Shown piece after piece: positions 1 through 7,760 of a DNA stretch of 38,659 nt (the first letter of the stretch is position 1; the number at the start of each line of letters is the position of its first letter). A program made the position numbers and the translations under genes. The stretch covers positions 1-38,659 of the forward strand of contig CAYRDB010000002.1 of NCBI GenBank assembly GCA_964423085.1. The letters run 5' to 3'. The stretch comes from an uncultured archaeon. GTDB taxonomy: Archaea; Aenigmatarchaeota; Aenigmatarchaeia; CG10238-14; SCSR01. The notes under the pieces are model-generated. The model was not told the DNA's origin. It did not search any database and saw nothing but the letters and a program-made list of their open reading frames with translations.

Positions 1-33
1 CACTTTAAATATTTAATTTTTCCTTATCTCCAT

Positions 34-357
34 ATGTCTGAAACGCTGATGTCAGAAAAGCTGATGTACGAACTGCATTTGTTCGATGAGAAGAACCTAG
101 AAAAATACAAGGACATGCTATCCGAAGCATATTTCTCTGAAAACATGTGCTTGAGCATACCGAACAGCGACATTGAAATGCTATCGCTGGCAACCACGCT
201 TTGCAGGATAGGATACCTTGTGGACATCAACCCGCTGAGCCAGATATACAAAGACGATTCCACGCACGACTACATAGTCACTGACAGAGGCATAGAGCTT
301 TTAAAAATAGCATTTCCAGACAGGATAAAAAGTTCCTACAATAACCAAGAGCCATAG
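34..357 (+). CDS. hypothetical protein, possibly winged-helix-like
   Basis: ATG ORF of 107 aa in an AT-rich stretch. The C-terminal part (CRIGYLVDIN...YIVTDRGIELLK) resembles a recognition helix plus wing. No family recognised. Confidence 0.4.
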   Translation: MSETLMSEKLMYELHLFDEKNLEKYKDMLSEAYFSENMCLSIPNSDIEMLSLATTLCRIGYLVDINPLSQIYKDDSTHDYIVTDRGIELLKIAFPDRIKSSYNNQEP

Positions 358-441
358 GAAAGCATTTTTATCGCGGCATTCATAGTATTATCAAAGATGG
401 ACCTGTAAGATTATTTGATTTTTTATTTTTGGTGATGTTCT

Positions 442-783
442 ATGGATAAGATATACACAGATGGTTCGGGAGACGGAAGGATAGCTTGGTACAACGAGAC
501 CACTGGCGAGAGCTGGTCCGGAAGGGAGGATGTGTCCAGCAACAACGAGGCGGAGTACCTGGCGGTAATACGCGCGTTAGAATCGGTAAAATCCGAGGAT
601 GTGAAAATAGTTTCAGATTCGAAGCTGGTTGTGAACCAGATGAAAAGGGAGTGGCACATCAAGGAGGACAACCTGAGGAAGCTGTTCGACGAAGCGCAGA
701 AAGTAATAAAGGACAGGAAGCTGAATGCGGAGTTCGAGTGGACGCCCAGGGAGAATAATCCGGCTGGCAAGTATCTCGGCTAG
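442..783 (+). CDS. rnhA: RNase H type 1 (RNase HI)-like, very short (113 aa)
   Basis: Motifs are in RNase HI order: IYTDGS (Asp), NNEAEY (Glu), VSDSKLVV (Asp), then C-terminal TPRENNPAG. The stop overlaps the convergent iscU stop in a shared CTAG. Confidence 0.7.
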   Translation: MDKIYTDGSGDGRIAWYNETTGESWSGREDVSSNNEAEYLAVIRALESVKSEDVKIVSDSKLVVNQMKREWHIKEDNLRKLFDEAQKVIKDRKLNAEFEWTPRENNPAGKYLG

Positions 784-1265
784 TGCTGCCCCTGCTTCGC
801 CCTTGCTATTACATTGCCCCTTTCTATCTCCTTGTGAAGTTTCTCCAGCTTATCAGGTATTTCAATTCCGTTCTTTGCATAGTACTGATATATCGCTTCA
901 TGAAGGGCATCCGTTGATAATAGCGAACAGTGTATCTTGACTCTAGGAAGCCCGCCCAGCTCACCTACTATCGAGTCCCTGCCTACCTCCAGCGCCTCCT
1001 TCAGAGTCTTCCCCTTGGCAAGCTCGGTCATCATGCTGCCTGTGGCAACAGCGGCAGCGCACCCGAAGCTCTGGTACTTTATGTCCTCTATGTACAATTC
1101 TCCGTCTGCATTCTTTCCTATTTTCAGATAAACTCTGAGTTCGTCCCCGCATATCGGGCTGCCTACTCTGGACACTGCGTCCGCCTCCACTATCTCTCCC
1201 ATGTTCCTAGGATTTCTGAAATGGTCTAAAACTTTCTCGCTGTATGGTCCGTACTTTTCTACCAT
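780..1265 (-). CDS. iscU: IscU/NifU-type Fe-S cluster scaffold
   Basis: Carries the three IscU cysteines in context: GSPICGDE, SFGCAAAVA, KIHCSLL. The N-terminal LDHFRNPRN is typical of IscU. Confidence 0.9.
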   Translation of the reverse strand: MVEKYGPYSEKVLDHFRNPRNMGEIVEADAVSRVGSPICGDELRVYLKIGKNADGELYIEDIKYQSFGCAAAVATGSMMTELAKGKTLKEALEVGRDSIVGELGGLPRVKIHCSLLSTDALHEAIYQYYAKNGIEIPDKLEKLHKEIERGNVIARAKQGQH

Positions 1266-1269
1266 GTCA

Positions 1270-1296
1270 TATTATATAACAGCGTTATAATTTAAA
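1270..1296 (-). promoter_or_regulatory. TATA-like box plus palindromic operator candidate (TATAAC-AGC-GTTATA) upstream of iscU
   Basis: Positions 1275-1290 read TATAACAGCGTTATAA, 9 nt from the iscU ATG. The block is 25/27 identical to 14035-14061 upstream of the cysteine desulfurase. In gene direction it reads TTTAAATTATAA, then the palindrome, then the ATG. Confidence 0.5.
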
Positions 1297-1346
1297 GGTA
1301 TGGTTAAGCGTAAAAGTGTTAAGATTCAATAAAAATATGATGCGAT

Positions 1347-1778
1347 ATGGAAGAGCATGAGAAAACACTTTACAGAGTTTTCACGTTTTCTGGCAAGAAA
1401 ATAGAACTTCCTTCCGAAAACAAGAACAAGACTTTCGAAAAGGTCAATGAAGAGTCTTTGAAAGACCTGGCGGACGAGTTCAAAGTGCTTGTCCAAATAT
1501 ACAAATTCAACATGACAGAGACGCCTGCTAATTTTACAAGACTGGCAAATTACTTTAACGGCATGCTTACTGAGACTCATGTGATGGGATTGCTGGCTAC
1601 TTTGGAAGATTTTGGGATCATTAATGCAGAATACGGCGATGTTGGAAAAGGACGGTCCGGCAGACGATATTTTCTTTCAAATGAAAAATTGGAGGAAGTC
1701 AGAGACATTTATGAGAAACACGTCAAGCCTAAAGAAACTCCTAAAGAACGGATAAGTTATGTTCCAGGAATTTTGTAA
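1347..1778 (+). CDS. hypothetical protein with winged-helix-like segment, divergent from iscU
   Basis: 143-aa ATG ORF. THVMGLLATLEDFGIINAEYGDVGKGRSGRRYFLS looks like a recognition helix plus beta-wing. It has no Cys. It shares the 81-nt intergenic region with iscU. Confidence 0.45.
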   Translation: MEEHEKTLYRVFTFSGKKIELPSENKNKTFEKVNEESLKDLADEFKVLVQIYKFNMTETPANFTRLANYFNGMLTETHVMGLLATLEDFGIINAEYGDVGKGRSGRRYFLSNEKLEEVRDIYEKHVKPKETPKERISYVPGIL

Positions 1779-1856
1779 GCGGACTGCTCTAACTTTTAAA
1801 TCAGTTCGTCCTAAAGATTAAGTAGCGTCAGTTGGAATAACGGGTGTGTTGTAAAA

Positions 1857-2657
1857 ATGGACAAGAAAAAAGGATTGCCAGAATACGGCGAAACAGTTCT
1901 CTGCACCACTACGAGGATTACTCCGTTCGCTGCCTGGTGCACGCTCGACGAGTACGAGAACGAGGATGGATCCCCGATAGAAGGTATGATACACATCTCC
2001 CAGGTTGCTGGCAAGTGGATCAAGGACATACGCGATTTTGTAAAGCCAAACAAGCAGTACATGGCCAAGGTCATAAAGATAGACTATGAAAAGGGACATC
2101 TCAACCTCAGCATAAAAAGGGTGAGCAAGTTCGACAAGAAGGAGAAGATGGAGGATTATAGAAGGGACAAAAGGTCGAACGGAATGGTGATGCAGGTCGC
2201 CAAGATAGTCGGCAAGGGCGATGTGCAGAAGGAAATCGTCGATAAGCTCGAGAAGATTCACAAGGACGACAGCAAAAAGTTTGATGTTTTCACAGCGTTC
2301 GAAGAAGTGAACGAAAATCCTGAAATTGTCAAGGAAGCTGGTATAAAGAAGGACTGGGCAGAAGCGCTCATGGGTGTTGTCGAGAGCAACTTTAGGATAA
2401 AGGAGAGGACGCTCAAAGTAAAGCTAAAACTGGAGAGCAAGGCTCCAGATGGAGTAAAAACAATAAAGAAGGTCCTGTCCGAGCTCGAAAAAATAGATGG
2501 CATTGAAGTGACGTACATATCCGCGCCAGAGTACAGGGTTGAGATGAAGACAAAGGAGCCCAAAGTCGCTGAAAAGACTATGAGGGACGGCGTGGAGAAG
2601 GCTATAAAGGAGCTAGAATCAGCTGGCGGCTCCGGAAGCTACGAGCTGGTGAGATGA
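1857..2657 (+). CDS. eif2a: translation initiation factor aIF2 alpha subunit
   Basis: N-terminal S1/OB segment (GETVLCTTTRITPFAAWCTLDEY...GMIHISQVAGKWIKDIRDFVK) followed by helical and alpha-beta domains. The length of 266 aa is typical. Confidence 0.9.
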   Translation: MDKKKGLPEYGETVLCTTTRITPFAAWCTLDEYENEDGSPIEGMIHISQVAGKWIKDIRDFVKPNKQYMAKVIKIDYEKGHLNLSIKRVSKFDKKEKMEDYRRDKRSNGMVMQVAKIVGKGDVQKEIVDKLEKIHKDDSKKFDVFTAFEEVNENPEIVKEAGIKKDWAEALMGVVESNFRIKERTLKVKLKLESKAPDGVKTIKKVLSELEKIDGIEVTYISAPEYRVEMKTKEPKVAEKTMRDGVEKAIKELESAGGSGSYELVR

Positions 2658-2809
2658 AGCTCAGGAAATGTTTTTCTTGCAGTGTGTACACGCTGAAGGC
2701 AGAGTGCCCTAAATGCGGCAATAGTACCAAAACCCCTCATCCCATTTCGTTCTCCCCCGAAGACAGATACGGAAAATACAGGAGAATGTCTAAATCAGCC
2801 AACCTGTAA
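2654..2809 (+). CDS. nop10: H/ACA RNP protein Nop10 (51 aa, below the ORF-track cutoff)
   Basis: My translation is MKLRKCFSCSVYTLKAECPKCGNSTKTPHPISFSPEDRYGKYRRMSKSANL. It has a Zn-ribbon CxxC...CxxC and the P..FSPEDKY..YRR signature. The ATG overlaps the aIF2-alpha TGA (ATGA). Confidence 0.85.
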   Translation: MKLRKCFSCSVYTLKAECPKCGNSTKTPHPISFSPEDRYGKYRRMSKSANL

Positions 2810-2843
2810 TTAATATATCAGGAAAATCCAATATAGTTTTATC

Positions 2844-3659
2844 ATGTCCACCAAGATTGTAGAACTTTCAAAGCCGAAGCTGAAAAAGCCGATATTCATA
2901 GAAGGCCTGCCCGGAGTGGGCAATGTGGGAAGGATAGCTGCCGGATACTTGGTGGAAGAGCTGAAGGCAAAGAAATTCGCCGAGCTGTACAGCTCGCATT
3001 TCATGCCGTTCGTGCTGGTTCAGCAGAAATCTGATGTGCATGTGCTGAAGAACGAATTCTACTACTGGAAGGCTAAAAAGCCGAACCAGAGGGATTTGAT
3101 TATACTCATAGGTGACTCGCAGAGCGTCGACCCAGAGGGTCATTATGAAATATGCGAGGAGATTCTCAGTTATATCAAAAAGTTCAATGTGAGCGAGATG
3201 GTCAACCTGGCTGGCCTGAGCGTGGGCGAGAAAAAGGACAACCCAGAAGTGTTCGGAGTGGTTAACGACCTGTCACTTGTCAAGAAATACAGCAAGCATG
3301 GCATACATTTTGCAACAGGCGAGAAAGTGGGAACAATAGTCGGCGCATCCGGGCTTCTTCTTGGACTGGGAGAGAACTTTGGGTTAAAGGGCATTTGCCT
3401 CCTTGGAGAGACTTCTGGACTGCCTCTGATACCAGATCCAAAATCGGCAGAGGCTGTGCTCAGCACTCTGACCAAAGTCGTAGGAATAAAGATAGACACC
3501 AGCGAAATCCAGAAAAAAGTCAAGGAGATGGAGGACTTTATAGGCCGCATGGAAAAGGTGCAAAGGAAGGCGTTCAGCCAGATGATGAAGGACAGACTTC
3601 AGAAGCCGGCTGAAAAAGGCGAGGATCAGGAAGAGCAGAACCTCAGCTACATAGGATAG
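2844..3659 (+). CDS. PAC2-family proteasome assembly chaperone-like protein
   Basis: N-terminus KPIFIEGLPGVGNVGRIAAGYLVEEL and overall length match the archaeal PAC2 / ATP-grasp-like family. That family commonly follows aIF2-alpha and Nop10. Confidence 0.7.
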   Translation: MSTKIVELSKPKLKKPIFIEGLPGVGNVGRIAAGYLVEELKAKKFAELYSSHFMPFVLVQQKSDVHVLKNEFYYWKAKKPNQRDLIILIGDSQSVDPEGHYEICEEILSYIKKFNVSEMVNLAGLSVGEKKDNPEVFGVVNDLSLVKKYSKHGIHFATGEKVGTIVGASGLLLGLGENFGLKGICLLGETSGLPLIPDPKSAEAVLSTLTKVVGIKIDTSEIQKKVKEMEDFIGRMEKVQRKAFSQMMKDRLQKPAEKGEDQEEQNLSYIG

Positions 3660-3725
3660 GGTCTTTTTCTACCAATTTGCCGATTGTGTGAACGTTTATA
3701 AAACTATAACGACAAATAAAGAACT

Positions 3726-4394
3726 ATGTCTGAAGAGTTTTTAATCCCGCGGGAGAAATATCTTGCGTCGGGCATACACATAGGGATGAAGCAGAGGACG
3801 AAGCAGATGGCTCCGTTCGTGTACAAGGTAAGATCTGACGGTTTGGCTGTCATGAATCTCCAGGTTATAGACGAAAGAATCAGGGAGGCTGCGAAATTCC
3901 TGGCGGGAGCGAAGAACATACTCGTGGTAAGCAGAAAGAGCGTGTCCACAAAAGCAATAGAAAAGTTCTCAGACATGATAGTCGCTAAGAACATGAAAGG
4001 AAGATTCATGCCAGGAATGCTCACAAACCCTTCATACGAGGACTTTTATGAAGCTGACGTAGTTTTTGTCATAGACCCAGCAGCAGACTATCAGGTGCTT
4101 ACCGAAGCTGTCAACGCGCGAGTGCCTGTTATTGCAGTTTGCGACACTCTGAACGAAACTAAAAATGTAGACTTTATCATACCGGCGAACAACAAGGGCG
4201 CCAGGTCGCTCAATCTGCTCTTCTGGCTTCTGACAAGGGAAGTGCTAAAGGCCAGGGGCGAGATAAAGGGAGACGACGAATTCAAGCCGTCTCTAGAAGA
4301 CTTTGAAGACGAGTCTGACGTAAGGGAAGGAAGGGAAGCTCCTGCAAGAACCAGAAGGCCTTCCGGAAGGTCTAGGTCCGCGCCACGCCAATAA
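3726..4394 (+). CDS. rps2: 30S ribosomal protein uS2
   Basis: LASGIHIGMKQRTKQMAPFVYKVRSDGLAVMNLQ plus the DPAADYQVLTEA...PVIAVCDT core. It has an Arg/Ser-rich C-terminal tail. Confidence 0.9.
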   Translation: MSEEFLIPREKYLASGIHIGMKQRTKQMAPFVYKVRSDGLAVMNLQVIDERIREAAKFLAGAKNILVVSRKSVSTKAIEKFSDMIVAKNMKGRFMPGMLTNPSYEDFYEADVVFVIDPAADYQVLTEAVNARVPVIAVCDTLNETKNVDFIIPANNKGARSLNLLFWLLTREVLKARGEIKGDDEFKPSLEDFEDESDVREGREAPARTRRPSGRSRSAPRQ

Positions 4395-4566
4395 ATACGT
4401 TTTCTCCGTTCGCTCAGAACGACCGAGCAGTCATTTCATATTTTCATAATATAATTCGAAGGAGCCAAATCATTATTTAAGTTCACGATAAAAATTCTAT
4501 AACAGCCAGAAAAAAAGCGCGTTAGATAGTTGCTTTTCAAAGGCGCCGAAAGGAGGATAGTCAATT

Positions 4567-6648
4567 ATGACTTCGGTTCTTCAGGTAAAAAAGCGAGACG
4601 GCAGGATAGTAGATTTTGAAAAGGAAAAGGTAGCTCTAGCGATATGGAAGGCTGCCGAATCTGTCGGCGGCAAGGACAAGTCCAAATCCGAAGAGCTGGC
4701 GAACAAGGTCGCAGAGCAGGTCGAGAAAGAGTTCAGCGGCAAGATTCCCAGCGTGGAAGATGTGCAGAACATAATAGAAAAGATACTTATCAACGAGGGC
4801 CATGCGACTGTAGCAAAAGCGTACATACTATACAGACAGAAGAGAGTGGAAGCCAGGAAGATGAAGGCTGTTCTGGGAGTGACCGACGAGGTTAAGATGA
4901 GCCTTAACGCGCTGAAGGTCATGGCCAGCAGGTATCTTATCAGAGATGAGAACAGGAAGATAGTCGAAAGCACTTCTCAGTTGTTCAGAAGAGTAGCCAT
5001 GGCTATAGCCGAACCTGAGAAGAGCTACAGCGGGGATGAGAAAGCGAAAGAATACGAAGACCTTTTTTATGACATGATGGTAAAGGGAGAGTTCCTTCCA
5101 AACAGCCCCACTCTCATGAACGCCGGAACCGAGCTGAGCCAGCTGTCCGCGTGCTTCGTTCTCCCTATACCGGACTCGATACCCGGAATATTCGACTCTG
5201 TGAAGAACACCGCAATAATACACAAGAGTGGAGGGGGGACCGGATTTTCTTTTTCGAACATAAGGCCTAAAGGAGATGTGGTAAAGAGCACAGGAGGCGT
5301 GGCTTCAGGCCCGCTGTCTTTCATGAACGTTTTCAACGCGGCTACAGACGTGATAAAGCAGGGCGGCAAGAGAAGGGGCGCGAACATGGGCATACTGCGC
5401 GTCGACCATCCGGACATACTAGAATTTATAACAGCTAAGGAGAAGGAGGGCACGCTGAGCAACTTTAACTTCTCGATAGCAACAACAGACAGTTTCATGC
5501 GCGCTGTGGAAAGCAATTCCGAATACGACCTGATAAATCCTAGGAGCAAGAAACCTATAAAGAAGCTCCCAGCCAGGGCGGTATTCAACCTGATGGTGAT
5601 GATGGCGTGGAAAAACGGCGAGCCCGGAGTGGTGTTCATAGACAGGATAAACGCATACAATCCAACTCCGGCAATAGGCGAGATAGAGTCCACGAACCCG
5701 TGCGGTGAGCAGCCTCTGCTTCCATACGAGTCATGCAACCTGGGCTCGATAAACCTTGAAAAGATGATGTCGAACAGCCACTTTGACTGGGAAAAACTGA
5801 GAAGGACAGTCCACCTTTCCGTCAGGTTCCTCGATAATGTGGTCGACCAGAACAAGTATCCGATCAAGGAGATAGACGATATGACAAAAGCCAACAGGAA
5901 AATAGGGCTTGGCGTGATGGGCTTCGCGGACATGCTGATAAAGATGAAGATACCTTACAACTCCGAGGCTGCCATAAAGATTGCCGAGGAGATAATGAAG
6001 TTTATACAGGAAGAATCTAAGAAGGCGTCTGTGCAGCTTGGAAAAGAGAGGGGTCCGTTCCCCAACTTTGAAAAGAGCGTTCTGAAAGGAAAATACGAGA
6101 CAATAAGGAATGCCACCACTACGACCATAGCGCCTACCGGAACCATAAGCGTGATAGCAAACTGCTCCTCGGGAATAGAACCGATATTCGCAGTGTCTTA
6201 TGTAAGGGACGTGAGCGACAGCCTGGGGCACGAGCTCGTGGAGATAAATCCGACATTCGAAACAGCCATGATAGAAAGAGGCATGTACACGGACGAGCTG
6301 ATAACAAAGATTTCGCAGAACGGCGGCATACAGAGCATAGAGGAAATACCGAAGGATATAAGGGATGTTTTTGTCACAGCCATGGACATAGCTCCAGAAT
6401 GGCACATTAGGATACAGGCTGCGTTCCAGAAATACACTGACAACGCGGTGTCCAAGACCATAAACTTCCCGACGTTCGCGACTCCGTACGACGTGGAAAA
6501 GGCTTTCATGCTTTCCTGGAAGATGGGGTGCAAAGGAGTGACAGTGTACAGGTACGGCAGCAGGCAGAAGCAGATATTGAACATAAAGTCTGGGGAAGCC
6601 AAAGTCTCGGACGACTACACTGGCGGGTGCCCGCACTGCTCCCTATAG
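4567..6648 (+). CDS. nrdJ: ribonucleotide reductase, class II (adenosylcobalamin-dependent) with N-terminal ATP-cone
   Basis: ATP-cone start (VKKRDGRIVDFEKEKV). The active-site block TNPCGEQPLLPYESCNLGSINL is the class II form, not the class I NLCxEI form. The C-terminal tail ends GGCPHCSL. A GGAGG lies 8 nt upstream of the ATG. Confidence 0.88.
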   Translation: MTSVLQVKKRDGRIVDFEKEKVALAIWKAAESVGGKDKSKSEELANKVAEQVEKEFSGKIPSVEDVQNIIEKILINEGHATVAKAYILYRQKRVEARKMKAVLGVTDEVKMSLNALKVMASRYLIRDENRKIVESTSQLFRRVAMAIAEPEKSYSGDEKAKEYEDLFYDMMVKGEFLPNSPTLMNAGTELSQLSACFVLPIPDSIPGIFDSVKNTAIIHKSGGGTGFSFSNIRPKGDVVKSTGGVASGPLSFMNVFNAATDVIKQGGKRRGANMGILRVDHPDILEFITAKEKEGTLSNFNFSIATTDSFMRAVESNSEYDLINPRSKKPIKKLPARAVFNLMVMMAWKNGEPGVVFIDRINAYNPTPAIGEIESTNPCGEQPLLPYESCNLGSINLEKMMSNSHFDWEKLRRTVHLSVRFLDNVVDQNKYPIKEIDDMTKANRKIGLGVMGFADMLIKMKIPYNSEAAIKIAEEIMKFIQEESKKASVQLGKERGPFPNFEKSVLKGKYETIRNATTTTIAPTGTISVIANCSSGIEPIFAVSYVRDVSDSLGHELVEINPTFETAMIERGMYTDELITKISQNGGIQSIEEIPKDIRDVFVTAMDIAPEWHIRIQAAFQKYTDNAVSKTINFPTFATPYDVEKAFMLSWKMGCKGVTVYRYGSRQKQILNIKSGEAKVSDDYTGGCPHCSL

Positions 6649-6685
6649 GCTACGGTTTTTAACTTTGGGACTTTAATTGATTCTT

Positions 6686-6997
6686 ATGAATCCACTTTTC
6701 ATACTACTGGGCACGCTAGACATTGTCGCAGCGTCCATAACGATATTCCAGTTTTCAGAAGCGGCCGCGCTCTACATGATGGTATACATGCTCGCCAAGG
6801 GAGGGTATTTTCTTGTGCTTCTAATAGCGACCAAAAACTTTATGCCACTATACAGTATATTATCCCTAGTGGACATTGTCACTGGCGCAGCTCTCGGAGC
6901 AATAGCGATGGGTGTTAATTCCGACATATTTTTAACAATCGGTATAGCAGCTGCGATAAAGGGAGCGTATTCGACCGTGTCTGCGTTCCTTAACTGA
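6686..6997 (+). CDS. small integral membrane protein (about 3 TM), unknown function
   Basis: Hydrophobic 103-aa ORF from the first ATG (the track ORF starts at a TTG at 6677). It sits between nrdJ and the corrinoid adenosyltransferase with 28-37 nt and 9 nt gaps. Confidence 0.5.
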   Translation: MNPLFILLGTLDIVAASITIFQFSEAAALYMMVYMLAKGGYFLVLLIATKNFMPLYSILSLVDIVTGAALGAIAMGVNSDIFLTIGIAAAIKGAYSTVSAFLN

Positions 6998-7006
6998 GGC
7001 GTTGAA

Positions 7007-7543
7007 ATGGAAGATGAAAATGAAATCGGGCGGGGAATGGTTTACCTTTACACAGGAACAGGCGCGGGCAAGACAACCAATGCTCTAGGAATAGCGATGA
7101 GGTGCGTGGGCCACCAGAAGAAGGTTGTGATTATACAGTTCCTAAAGTGGTGGAAAAACACGGGAGAATACAAGATAAGGAACCGTCTGAAGCCTTACTA
7201 TGAAATATACCAGTTCGGCAGGAAGGGGTGGATAGGATTCAAGAACCTGGACAACAGGGACAGGGTGCTCTGCGAGAAAGCTTTCAACTTCGCCAAGAGG
7301 GTGGTGGCTGACAAAAAGCCCCACGTTCTGGTGCTGGACGAAATAAACATAGCCCTGCACAGGAAGCTGCTGGACATGAAACAAGTGATAGACTTTTTGA
7401 AGAACCTCCCGCCAACCACGGACGTGGTGCTCACGGGCAGGTACGCCCCAGAGGAGCTCTGGGACGTGGCCGACTATGTGAACGTGATAGTGAGCAACAA
7501 ACAGACAAAAAAGCAGGTTGCGAAGGAAGGAATACAATATTAA
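7007..7543 (+). CDS. cobA: ATP:cob(I)alamin adenosyltransferase, CobA/CobO/BtuR type
   Basis: P-loop GMVYLYTGTGAGKTTNALGIAMRCVGHQKKVVIIQFLK and LVLDEINIAL are typical of CobA-type adenosyltransferases. Length is 178 aa. Confidence 0.85.
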   Translation: MEDENEIGRGMVYLYTGTGAGKTTNALGIAMRCVGHQKKVVIIQFLKWWKNTGEYKIRNRLKPYYEIYQFGRKGWIGFKNLDNRDRVLCEKAFNFAKRVVADKKPHVLVLDEINIALHRKLLDMKQVIDFLKNLPPTTDVVLTGRYAPEELWDVADYVNVIVSNKQTKKQVAKEGIQY

Positions 7544-7574
7544 TTGAAGAATAGAATTATATTATGGTGCTGTT

Positions 7575-7760
7575 ATGGCAACAGTGAGCTTGGACAAGGA
7601 AAAGTGCATAGGATGCGGGCTCTGCACAAGCATATGCCCCGAAGTTTTTGAGCTGAAAGAAGATGGGAAGGCTTATGTGAAAGGCGAGTGCGGCGAGGGT
7701 TGCGACTGCAGCTCAGCTGCTGAGAGCTGCCCTGTCCAGGCGATAACATACAAAAAGTAG
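7575..7760 (+). CDS. small [4Fe-4S]-type ferredoxin
   Basis: CIGCGLCTSICPEVFEL...DGKAYV...AESCPVQAI resembles the Thermotoga/Pyrococcus single-cluster ferredoxins. Length is 61 aa. Confidence 0.85.
   Translation: MATVSLDKEKCIGCGLCTSICPEVFELKEDGKAYVKGECGEGCDCSSAAESCPVQAITYKK

Noticed and set aside
780-783. Shared CTAG stop/stop overlap of rnhA and iscU as a regulatory feature.
   Set aside because: It is most simply a by-product of genome compaction. It is mentioned only in passing under the archease/RtcB finding.
3645-3659. Possible HbYX proteasome-docking motif at the PAC2-family C-terminus (...LSYIG).
   Set aside because: HbYX requires Tyr at the penultimate position. Here Tyr is third from the end, so the motif is not satisfied.
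4496-4528. Partial or split copy of the Fe-S palindrome upstream of nrdJ: TTCTATAACAGCC, then an A-rich 10-12 nt stretch, then GCGCGTTAGATA.
   Set aside because: The left half matches the sufS site 12/13, but the dyad is interrupted and the right half is imperfect. I cannot distinguish this from chance plus generic TATA-like sequence. It is worth including in a genome-wide motif search but is not claimed as a site.
5067-6636. Long minus-strand ORFs (288 and 301 aa) inside nrdJ. Similar long antisense ORFs lie opposite rtcB, the ATPase, mcm, tbp (35160-35780) and the giant surface-protein gene.
   Set aside because: They are shadow ORFs opposite genes with unambiguous conserved motifs. Their translations are low-complexity or compositionally odd, with no recognisable motifs.
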